DNA of 64,000 nt from Leptolyngbyaceae cyanobacterium (lineage in GTDB: Bacteria > Cyanobacteriota > Cyanobacteriia > Phormidesmidales > Phormidesmidaceae): assembly GCA_965263355.1 (NCBI GenBank), contig CBDHHL010000048.1, positions 192,001-256,000 of the forward strand, given 5' to 3'. This document shows, in pieces, positions 41,806-50,305 of this stretch. The notes below the pieces were generated by a model that worked only from the letters and a program-made list of their open reading frames with translations, was not told where the DNA came from and made no database searches. Position 1 is the stretch's first letter; the number at the start of each line of letters is the position of its first letter. The position numbers and the translations under genes are program-made.

Positions 41806-41839
41806 AACTCCTAGCCTGTACAGGTTGGGAGTTTTTTTT
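41806..41839 (+). terminator. Intrinsic terminator of psaC
   Basis: AACTCCTAGCCTG-TA-CAGGTTGGGAGTT followed by a T run. Confidence 0.8.
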
Positions 41840-41888
41840 AATGGACTGACATAGGGTTACAGGCTGACTGTCACCGTTTTGGTCAGCC

Positions 41889-42794
41889 TCAAGCACGCAC
41901 GGCAAACTTACGTACAGCGACCAAACTGCCTAACAGGCCCACCAAACCACCTAAGGCAAACAGGGCTGTCGGCAGTAATATCAATTGTTTAGGTGTAAAC
42001 TGCAAACCCACTGCCAAAAACTGTAAAAATTCAGGCTGCTGGGCAGATAACCGCTGGAGTGATTGATGGGTGCCAACCAATAAGGCCCAAGCAATAAACG
42101 CCCCCATCAGACCAAAGGTAATACCCTGCAAAATAAAGGGCATATAGATCCACACGGAGGTCGCCCCGACTAACTGCATCACCTCGATTTCCCGCCGCCG
42201 TGCCATCACAATCAGGCGAATGGTAGTTGTAATCACTGCGATCGCAGTCAAACTCAAAATTGCCAGCACCCCTAAACTGACGTACTGTAACCCTTGATTG
42301 AGTTCAGTTAAACGCTGAACCGCTTCCGTGATGTAAAGTACCTCGTCTACCCCTGGCAAATTCTCTAACTGAGCAGCCACAGCAGGAACAGCTTCAGACG
42401 TTTTAACCTTGACCTTGATTTCATCCACCAGTGGATTACCTTTAAGCTGCTCAGTGGCACCGGGTAAATCAGCAATGCCCAGTTCCTCACTCAGCTGGGT
42501 CCAGGCTTGTTCTTTTGTAACAGTTTCCACTTGAGCTACTTGAGCTAGGCTGCTAATGCGATCGCTCAGACTATCAGCCGCCACACCACTGTCTAAATAA
42601 ACTGCTATTTCTAGCTGACTACCAAACTGATTAAGTAAACTTTCCACCTGCCAAGTGGCTTGTAAACTCATCCCAAACAAAAATAGCAGCACCATAATCG
42701 TGCTCACAGCGGCCCAATTCATCCAACCACCGCGTTGCAGCCCTAACAAAGTTTCCCGCAATAAATAGCTTGCCTTAGTAAAAAATTTACCCAT
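41889..42794 (-). CDS. ftsX: Cell division permease FtsX
   Basis: NPL loop, TTIRL..ARRREIEVMQLVGAT..I..PF; 4 TM. Confidence 0.9.
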   Translation of the reverse strand: MGKFFTKASYLLRETLLGLQRGGWMNWAAVSTIMVLLFLFGMSLQATWQVESLLNQFGSQLEIAVYLDSGVAADSLSDRISSLAQVAQVETVTKEQAWTQLSEELGIADLPGATEQLKGNPLVDEIKVKVKTSEAVPAVAAQLENLPGVDEVLYITEAVQRLTELNQGLQYVSLGVLAILSLTAIAVITTTIRLIVMARRREIEVMQLVGATSVWIYMPFILQGITFGLMGAFIAWALLVGTHQSLQRLSAQQPEFLQFLAVGLQFTPKQLILLPTALFALGGLVGLLGSLVAVRKFAVRA

Positions 42795-42984
42795 GCTGGC
42801 TTACACAACGAGCGAATGACGATAACAGCACAGAAAACACAAGCAGCCTGATGAAATAGTATCCTAGAGCATCATCCAGACGCTTTTATGGACAGCCTCT
42901 GCGACCCTAAAGAGAGTTAGCCTGCGCGAGATGAAGCCTAGTTGCTAGGATAGGGTTAGATTCATCAGCCTAATCAATTTAACC

Positions 42985-43542
42985 GTGGGTATTTCAGTCA
43001 GCAAAGAAAAGTTAAAAAAGCCGCCTCTTGAGCTGCACTATTTGGGGGATCGGGTGCTCAGAAAAGCAACTAAACGTATCGCCAAAGTGGATGATGGCAT
43101 CCGCGAGCTTGCCCACAAAATGCTCCAGACCATGTATAGCGAAGACGGTATTGGTCTAGCTGCCCCTCAAGTTGGCATTCATAAACAGATTTTAGTAGTT
43201 GACACGGATCCTGAAGAAGCGGCCAATCAGCCCTTGGTATTAATCAATCCGAAAATTGTACGTCACAGTAAAGAAATGGCCTGCGGTCAGGAAGGATGCC
43301 TGAGCATTCCCAATGTATTTCTGGATGTGATTCGTCCAGCTGCCATTGAGGTCAGCTACAAAGATGAAAACGGTCGTCCTCAAAAGCTCAAAGCTGATGA
43401 CCTCTTAGCCCGTGTGATTCAGCATGAAATGGACCACCTCAATGGTGTAATGTTCGTCGATCGGGTTGATAATGCGATCGCCTTGGCCCAAGAACTTCAA
43501 AAAGGCGGATTTTCTGCTAATGATGTTAAGAAGGTTGCCTAA
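42985..43542 (+). CDS. def: Peptide deformylase
   Basis: GIGLAAPQVG, EGCLS, QHEMDHLNG. Confidence 0.97.
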   Translation: MGISVSKEKLKKPPLELHYLGDRVLRKATKRIAKVDDGIRELAHKMLQTMYSEDGIGLAAPQVGIHKQILVVDTDPEEAANQPLVLINPKIVRHSKEMACGQEGCLSIPNVFLDVIRPAAIEVSYKDENGRPQKLKADDLLARVIQHEMDHLNGVMFVDRVDNAIALAQELQKGGFSANDVKKVA

Positions 43543-43546
43543 TATT

Positions 43547-43580
43547 TTTGCAGGGGCGTTGCATGCAATGCCCCTGCAAA
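43547..43580. repeat. REP-like palindrome after def
   Basis: TTTGCAGGGGCGTTGCA|TGCAATGCCCCTGCAAA (one G-T). Confidence 0.7.
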
Positions 43581-43673
43581 GGGGTATGTAGCGTCTGTAT
43601 AGACCAAAATATCCTTTACAAATCAAGATTTAGTAGTCCAGTTTCCCATTTTTTTCATTACTAGGAGAATATT

Positions 43674-43874
43674 GTGACCCCTAAGAGTGGTTTATTTTTA
43701 GCCGGTACTTGTATTGCTGCCATCGCAGGTGTCGGTTCAGTGTTTGAACTCGCCTATGGTGAGCCCGACTTGGGTGTCTTGCCCACCAGTATTGTGTTGG
43801 CCTTGAGTATTCCCATGACCGTTATTTTCTTTATGGCCGCTGTTAAGGACACTCGGGAAAATCAGCAGTGGTAA
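43674..43874 (+). CDS. Small two-TM membrane protein of unknown function
   Basis: AGGAG RBS, GTG start, IAGVGSVFEL..G.P.LG pattern, two hydrophobic helices. Confidence 0.75.
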   Translation: MTPKSGLFLAGTCIAAIAGVGSVFELAYGEPDLGVLPTSIVLALSIPMTVIFFMAAVKDTRENQQW

Positions 43875-44006
43875 GCGATTGGTGTAACCCTGAACCGTTT
43901 TAAAGCTCAACACCAATCACTATTAATCCCCTCACACCAAAATTAGAACTTGACGTAATACTAACGGCGTACCAGCAAAGCTATATCTATCTTCCCACTT
44001 GCCCTA

Positions 44007-44996
44007 ATGAATCTATTGTTTTTACTCAAACTGCTTTTAGCGTTATCAGTGGTTGGCATTGTTGTTTATTTAGTGACAGCCCGTCGCTATCAGTCTTCGG
44101 CATCAGTAGCAAATTCCTATGACCAATGGACTGAAGACGGCATATTAGAGTTTTATTGGGGCGAGCATATTCATTTGGGGCATTATGGCTCACCACCACG
44201 TACTAAGAATTTTCTTCAGGCAAAAGCTGATTTTGTCCATGAGATGGTCAAGTGGGGCGGTTTGGATCGATTATCCCCTGGCACTACCCTGTTAGATGTG
44301 GGCTGCGGCATTGGTGGCAGCAGCCGGATTTTAGCCAGGGAATACCAGTTTGATGTCACGGGTGTAACTATTAGTCCCCAACAGGTTCAGCGAGCCCAGC
44401 AGCTTACCCCAGCAGGAGTAACTGCGCAGTTTAAAGTGGATGATGCTATGGCCCTCTCCTATGCTGACAATAGCTTTGACGTGGTGTGGTCAGTAGAAGC
44501 GGGTCCCCATATGCCCAATAAAGCGGTATTTGCACGGGAGCTAATGCGGGTGCTCAAACCCGGCGGTATATTGGTGCTGGCAGATTGGAATCAGCGAGAT
44601 GATCGTCAGATCCGCTTAAATTTCTGGGAAAAACCAGTCATGCGTCAGCTACTGGACCAGTGGTCCCATCCTGCCTTTGCCAGCATTGAAGGTTTTGCTG
44701 AGAATCTAGAGGCAACCGGTTTGGTGCAAGGTACCGTTGTGACTGCAGATTGGACCCAAGAAACCTTACCCTCCTGGTTAGATTCAATTTGGCAAGGTGT
44801 GGTGCGCCCCAAAGGTCTGATCCGCTTCGGAATTTCTGGTCTGATTAAGTCTTTACGTGAAGTTCCCACTCTCTTATTAATGCGTCTAGCCTTTGGTGCA
44901 GGCTTGTGTCGCTTTGGCATGTTTCGCGCCGTCAGAGCCGAGGTAATCTCCTCATCTACCGTGCAAGAACCCCAAACACTAGCAGCTAGTCATTAA
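44007..44996 (+). CDS. MPBQ/MSBQ methyltransferase (tocopherol/plastoquinone pathway; Sll0418-like)
   Basis: YDQWTEDGILEFYWGEHIHLGHY, LDVGCGIGG, EAGPHMP, ADWNQRD. Confidence 0.85.
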   Translation: MNLLFLLKLLLALSVVGIVVYLVTARRYQSSASVANSYDQWTEDGILEFYWGEHIHLGHYGSPPRTKNFLQAKADFVHEMVKWGGLDRLSPGTTLLDVGCGIGGSSRILAREYQFDVTGVTISPQQVQRAQQLTPAGVTAQFKVDDAMALSYADNSFDVVWSVEAGPHMPNKAVFARELMRVLKPGGILVLADWNQRDDRQIRLNFWEKPVMRQLLDQWSHPAFASIEGFAENLEATGLVQGTVVTADWTQETLPSWLDSIWQGVVRPKGLIRFGISGLIKSLREVPTLLLMRLAFGAGLCRFGMFRAVRAEVISSSTVQEPQTLAASH

Positions 44997-45049
44997 TTAT
45001 TGCCCATACAATGTGGGGTAAGAACTCGAACGTTTTTGGGTGAAAATCC

Positions 45050-45493
45050 ATGGGAGAATCAACCCTTTACAGTCAAGATTTTCTGCAATGGACGCAAGGC
45101 CAAATTGACTCATTGCGCCATGGTCGCTGGTCAGACTTAGATATTGAAAACCTGATAGAGGAACTGGAAGATTTGGGGCGTAGTGAACAACGAGAATTGG
45201 GTAGTTATCTTAGGGTACTCATGATGCATTTGCTGAAATGGCAGTATCAACCCGAACGTCGCACTGCTAGCTGGCAAATAACCATCACAAATTGCCGAGA
45301 TAGCATCCAAGATTGCCTAGAGGATGCGCCAAGCTTGCAGCAGTTTCTCAATGATGCTGACTGGCGTCAGAAGTATTACCGACGAGCCCATCGAGATGCG
45401 GCCAAAGAAACTCAAAAGGCATTAACGACATTTCCAGAAGAATGTCCCTACCTACTCGAACACCTGGTATCTGCCAACTGGTTACCCGAATAA
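45050..45493 (+). CDS. DUF29 domain protein
   Basis: LYSQDFLQW, LDIENLIEELEDLGRSE, HLLKWQYQP, SW..TI, PSL, FPEECPY. Confidence 0.9.
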   Translation: MGESTLYSQDFLQWTQGQIDSLRHGRWSDLDIENLIEELEDLGRSEQRELGSYLRVLMMHLLKWQYQPERRTASWQITITNCRDSIQDCLEDAPSLQQFLNDADWRQKYYRRAHRDAAKETQKALTTFPEECPYLLEHLVSANWLPE

Positions 45494-45532
45494 AGTTCTA
45501 TCTCATCATTACAGCACAATATCCCATCCACT

Positions 45533-46777
45533 ATGAAGGATATGACTAAGCGCGTCATTATTGTTGGGGCTGGACCGGCAGGTACAAGTCTAGGACTGTT
45601 ATTAGCTCGCTCTGGCATAGCTGTAACGCTGATCGAACAGGAACTGACGTTCGAACGGGTTTTTCGGGGTGAAGGCCTAATGCCTGCAGGGATGGAGGCG
45701 CTTTCCCAAATGGGCTTACAGACCTTACTCAGCAGGGTACCTCACTGCAGACTGGAGTCGTGGAATATTCATCTGGGCGGTAATCAGGTTTTTGTTATTC
45801 CTGAACCGGATCTGGGTGAAATGTCCCTCAGTATTGTTTCTCAACCAGCGTTACTCCAGGGCATCGTGGATGAAGCCAGCCAGTATGAGAATTTTGATTT
45901 TCAGACTGGCTGCCAGGTACAGGATTTGCTGTGGGACGACCATCAAGTTGTTGGCGTTAAGGTTAAGACAGCTAACGAAATATCAGACATTCGGGCTGAT
46001 TTAGTGGTGGGTTGTGACGGTCGGGGTTCATTAGTGCGGCGAAAAGCTGGTTTGGCTATTGATTTACAGCCTGACCAATACGATGTGTTGTGGTTTAAGC
46101 TGCCAGCGCCAGAACGTCTGCAATCCACCTGCCAGTTTTACCTGATGGCTAAAGCTCGCCAACATCCCGCTAGCTGTTATACCTCATGGGACGGTTGGCT
46201 GCAGTATGGGCTGATTTTGCCCAAGGGTGGCCTGGGAAAATTGGGCAATGCCGATTGGCTCAGTGTCGCTACTAGTTCTGCCCCCGATTGGCTGGCCAAG
46301 CATGTGTTGGCCCAACGCGAGGCAGTCACAGAACCGGTGCGGTTAAATGTGGTGGTTGGCCAATGTCAGCAGTGGTGGGTACCTGGAGCATTGCTGCTAG
46401 GAGATGCGGCCCACCCCATGTCTCCAGTAAGGGCTCAAGGCATTAATTTAGCGCTACGAGATGCCATTGTGGCCACAAATCATTTGGTACCAGCTCTGAA
46501 CAGCAATTTAGCAAATATTGAGACCGCCTTACTCGCCATTCAGCAGGAACGGATGCCGGAAGTGGTGCGATCGCAAACCCTACAACTGCGTGAAGCCAAT
46601 GGGCTCAAGGTGATCCGCTCATCTCCCTGGAAATTAGCCATTGCCCAACAGATTTTACCCATAGTTGGCAAGCTTTCTTGGGTGCAACAGACTTGGTTAA
46701 ATCGCCAGCACGACCTACGGCATGGCTCTCAACCAGTACAGTTAAATGTATGCTACCTGCCCCCAACAATGGTTTGA
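45533..46777 (+). CDS. FAD-dependent monooxygenase/oxidoreductase (UbiH-like family)
   Basis: GAGPAG, FRGE, GCDGRGS, GDAAHPMSPVRAQGINLALRDA. Confidence 0.88.
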   Translation: MKDMTKRVIIVGAGPAGTSLGLLLARSGIAVTLIEQELTFERVFRGEGLMPAGMEALSQMGLQTLLSRVPHCRLESWNIHLGGNQVFVIPEPDLGEMSLSIVSQPALLQGIVDEASQYENFDFQTGCQVQDLLWDDHQVVGVKVKTANEISDIRADLVVGCDGRGSLVRRKAGLAIDLQPDQYDVLWFKLPAPERLQSTCQFYLMAKARQHPASCYTSWDGWLQYGLILPKGGLGKLGNADWLSVATSSAPDWLAKHVLAQREAVTEPVRLNVVVGQCQQWWVPGALLLGDAAHPMSPVRAQGINLALRDAIVATNHLVPALNSNLANIETALLAIQQERMPEVVRSQTLQLREANGLKVIRSSPWKLAIAQQILPIVGKLSWVQQTWLNRQHDLRHGSQPVQLNVCYLPPTMV

Positions 46778-46861
46778 TGTCAGGTCAGTACCAGAACATA
46801 TGCAGGGTTCACAACCAGTCTGTGTTTATTCAACCGGCATCCACGGTGTATCCGCTATATA

Positions 46862-48601
46862 TCAGCGTAAATAATCGATAATCCCCTGGGCAATCGCATC
46901 GGCAATCTGCTCACGGGCAGCCATACTTTGAAACCGGGTCGCATCTTCGCTACCGGTCACAAATCCGGTTTCTACTAAAACCGCAGGCATAGACGTATTG
47001 CGAAGCACATAGAACCGAGCTTGACGAACACCGCGATCGCGTAGGTCTGTACTACGCAATACACTGCTGTGAATAGCCCGAGCCAGATTGCGGCCTGACG
47101 AATAATAGTAAGTCTCTAGACCATTCACTTCAGGACGGCTAAGACTAATGGCATTGGCATGGATACTCACAAAGACGGTGGCATTAGCACGTTCCGCAAT
47201 ATCAACCCGAGGCTGTAGATCTAGCTCCACATCTTGAGTACGGGTCAGTGCGGCTCGATAGCCCCGCTGCTCCAGCGTACGCTGAAGACGGCGAGAAATC
47301 GACATATTGATTTCCTTCTCCAGCAAACCGCTACGCCCGACTGCACCTGGATCGCGGCCACCATGCCCTGGATCGATCATCACCAGAATTTCTCCTTGGC
47401 CAGCCGATGGTCTGGGAATATTGGGAGAAGGGCTAGGACTAGCAACTGTCTCAGTAGTTTGGACAATGCTGGCATTGAGTCCAGCATCTTGCAAACGTCC
47501 CTGCAGCTGATTGGCGCGGGATTGTTCACGAAAGCGACCTGCCTGAATCACAGCTTGACCATTAACCGTGGTACGAAATGCACCTGGTTCTACCGCATTT
47601 ACTCGCGATCTCAACAGCGCGGAACTCCCCGGTACAATCACCTGATACACTACCGCTGCCGATGGTGTAGAGGGTGCTGGGGTACTCACCCGAGCTGTTT
47701 CCACAATCTGCGCCGAGAGACCAGCCTGCACTAACCGCTGACGTAATTCATTAGCCCGAGCTTGCTCACGAAAGCGGCCCGCCTGAATCACAGTCTGACC
47801 ATTAACCGTGGTACGAAATGCACCTGGTTCTACCGCATTTACTCGCGATCGCAACAGCGCAGAACTCCCCGGTACAATCACTTGATAGTCAACATCATCC
47901 CTTGACCCTGGCGAGGGACTACCCGGACGTGGTAAGGGATTACCACTGCTAGGGGGAGTAGGTAAGGGTCTGGGGGATGGTCTGGGGGTTGTCGGCGCAG
48001 GACTTGCCGGTCTACTGGTGCCTGACGCTGCGATCACAGCATCCAGAGACTGATTATTAGTTAAGTAAATATGTCCCAGGGACTGACCGTTGTATACGCG
48101 CCGGGTCATGGACCAACCCGCATCTAACTCAATTTTGACAAAGTCATTAGTAATCCCATTGGAGCGGCCTAGTTCTAATTTCGGCAAGCCTCGCTGTAAT
48201 GGGCTAGGAGACGCCACCAACACTAAAACATCTCCTTGCTTTTCCACCTGAAGACGATAGCGTGAGCCGAGATCTTCTCCATCGATACGGACAGAATAAC
48301 CATTACTGTCCGAACTGCGGCCACAAATACCTGAGAAGTCAAACGTCAGCAGCAAAGGATTAATTGTCGTCGGATTATTGCCTTGCTCTTCCCAACAACG
48401 TCGGACTGAGCTTAATTGCTCGATAATCAACAGTTTATAAAATCGGCCATTGCTAACGGGTTCTGCTACGGCAACGACGCGATCGTCTGATATGGGCTGC
48501 TGGCCAAATTGAGCTGCCAGCACATTAGAGGGTAACGCCATAACTGCGCTAGCAGCAGCTACAGCCGACAGTGTGGTGAGTTGACGAAGAAATGATTTCA
48601 T
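46862..48601 (-). CDS. N-acetylmuramoyl-L-alanine amidase (DUF3747-like N-terminus, two SPOR-like repeats, Amidase_3)
   Basis: Signal peptide; FDFSGICGRSSDSNGYSVR; IDPGHGG, EK, SIHANA, VLVETGF. Confidence 0.9.
   Translation of the reverse strand: MKSFLRQLTTLSAVAAASAVMALPSNVLAAQFGQQPISDDRVVAVAEPVSNGRFYKLLIIEQLSSVRRCWEEQGNNPTTINPLLLTFDFSGICGRSSDSNGYSVRIDGEDLGSRYRLQVEKQGDVLVLVASPSPLQRGLPKLELGRSNGITNDFVKIELDAGWSMTRRVYNGQSLGHIYLTNNQSLDAVIAASGTSRPASPAPTTPRPSPRPLPTPPSSGNPLPRPGSPSPGSRDDVDYQVIVPGSSALLRSRVNAVEPGAFRTTVNGQTVIQAGRFREQARANELRQRLVQAGLSAQIVETARVSTPAPSTPSAAVVYQVIVPGSSALLRSRVNAVEPGAFRTTVNGQAVIQAGRFREQSRANQLQGRLQDAGLNASIVQTTETVASPSPSPNIPRPSAGQGEILVMIDPGHGGRDPGAVGRSGLLEKEINMSISRRLQRTLEQRGYRAALTRTQDVELDLQPRVDIAERANATVFVSIHANAISLSRPEVNGLETYYYSSGRNLARAIHSSVLRSTDLRDRGVRQARFYVLRNTSMPAVLVETGFVTGSEDATRFQSMAAREQIADAIAQGIIDYLR
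47526..47887. repeat. Intragenic direct repeat (240-bp offset) in the amidase gene
   Basis: 47526-47647 vs 47766-47887: 7 mismatches in 122 nt by manual alignment. Confidence 0.9.
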
Positions 48602-49191
48602 ATCCCTGAGGGTCGCGGGTAGGAGATAGATTGTCAAAAGGTGACATTACAGGAAACACAAGGTTAGCGTCTAACTGGTGTTTACGTAGTTTTCCGGGAA
48701 AGGATGCCCATTCGGTAAGAAACTATATCAGTTCATCAGGTGTCCGTGATGAGATTTGACTGTGAAGGGCTCAAAGCCGTCCTATGGGTGTGTATCTACA
48801 AACACTGAGATGTGGAGCTTTCAGGGTTGGCACAACTCAATCTTAAGAACCGGTGTCTGAGTCCTAGGGGTCCGTCAAGCCTAAGACTTAGGATAAGGCT
48901 AGTAAAGAGTCAAACGGAATGAAGAGTGACGCTTTACCCTTTACTCTTCCTCAATACAGAATCCTAATTTTTAGCGTTGACGCTGCACGAGTATCTGCCC
49001 CGAGGTACCATCTTGCCTCAGGTGAGTTAGCCGCATCGTCCTCATCAAGGGTTCATTAAGTTTTTAAGATAAGTCCTCTGAAGAAAACAGATTTCTTTTG
49101 TAGCACTACTCAGGATATGTACGTAAACTCATCCTTTACGAGCTATACATCCACAGGGGACGTCACTGTTACACATAAAAGGAGAATAAAC

Positions 49192-49587
49192 ATGGGTCTG
49201 GCAGAAAGACGTGCGGTTAAACAGTTTGAAACTGAAAAACTACCCACACTTCAGGCTGATATTGATCACGTGGCTGGCTTTAACGTCCCAATCGAGATTA
49301 ATTGGGATGCGATCGCAGCAAACGGTTATGCTGATCAGTACAATGAGTTTTTTTATAAGGTTTACTTCCTGCCTCTGCTCGAAGCTCTTAAAAGTATATG
49401 CATTGACGATCTGGGTAAAGAAGCCCTTAAAGACGGCCTTAAGAAGGTCATTGTTACCAATGAAAGTAGCTCCCATCCTAACTTTACGTCCGGCATACTA
49501 AAGCTACCCTACAATTCAGTCGCCAATATTGACTACTGGATGGAACGCAAAAAAAATATCCAAACCGTTTTAGAAAACGGACTGTAA
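49192..49587 (+). CDS. Hypothetical protein (131 aa, MGLAERRA..)
   Basis: AAGGAG RBS then ATG 49192; globular-looking sequence; 4 nt before the next gene. Confidence 0.8.
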   Translation: MGLAERRAVKQFETEKLPTLQADIDHVAGFNVPIEINWDAIAANGYADQYNEFFYKVYFLPLLEALKSICIDDLGKEALKDGLKKVIVTNESSSHPNFTSGILKLPYNSVANIDYWMERKKNIQTVLENGL

Positions 49588-49591
49588 ACCC

Positions 49592-50293
49592 ATGGGGCAA
49601 ATTATAGACCTGCTTAGACGACTGCCAACAAAGTCGCCATCACAAATCTTAAACCAATTAAGTAACCTCCATGATCGCGTGCTCAGTGGAGAAACCATAG
49701 AATTGCCCGCAGTTACTATCATACTGTCATCGGGCCAGTCCCTGCGAGGGATCGTTTTAAAACTAGAGCAACCAACAGACTGCCAAGACAATATTCTACT
49801 ATTACAATCTGCAAACCAGGATGTCTTATACTTACTGCAGTCTGCTGTGGTCGGTGTTACTATCCACTACAATCAAGAGAATCTAAATCTTTTGACAGCC
49901 GAAAGCAGTACTTATAAACCTCCACAAAAAGATATTGTCTCTCGTTTAGATTTAAATCGCCAGGCCCAAACATTAACGACAAACTTAGCAACATCTGATA
50001 TTGACTGTGCCATTCGTCTAAACTGGGATTTATTGCCCACAACAGAACCATCCATGCAGGTATTGACAAATAGCCTACAAGATCTGGAAACAATTTTAAT
50101 GGACATTCAGGCAGAAACGATTGGCCGTATCGCCCTTGCCACACAGGTAAGGTCCATTGAGCTACAGGCAGGCACCGAGGCCAACATTCGATTAGCAGAA
50201 CAAACATTGATGCTATGTTTTGCAAGACTAGGCAATGATCTTGTTCCGTGGCCCAAAGCTCGCTTACATCAGACTATCGAACAACATTTATAG
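49592..50293 (+). CDS. Hypothetical protein: possible Sm/LSm-like N-domain plus C-domain paralogous to the upstream protein
   Basis: 233-aa ORF in apparent operon; domain calls from manual motif alignment only. Confidence 0.7.
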   Translation: MGQIIDLLRRLPTKSPSQILNQLSNLHDRVLSGETIELPAVTIILSSGQSLRGIVLKLEQPTDCQDNILLLQSANQDVLYLLQSAVVGVTIHYNQENLNLLTAESSTYKPPQKDIVSRLDLNRQAQTLTTNLATSDIDCAIRLNWDLLPTTEPSMQVLTNSLQDLETILMDIQAETIGRIALATQVRSIELQAGTEANIRLAEQTLMLCFARLGNDLVPWPKARLHQTIEQHL

Positions 50294-50305
50294 AACAACC
50301 AACGG

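Noticed and set aside
41889..42794. ftsX without adjacent ftsE
   Set aside because: Separation of ftsE and ftsX is common in cyanobacteria.
48602..48700. c-di-AMP (ydaO) riboswitch before the amidase (CCUACCCG..ACCC, GCUAACC fragments)
   Set aside because: Fragments are in the wrong order and the 5' GCUGAAUCC..GGGGGA elements are missing.
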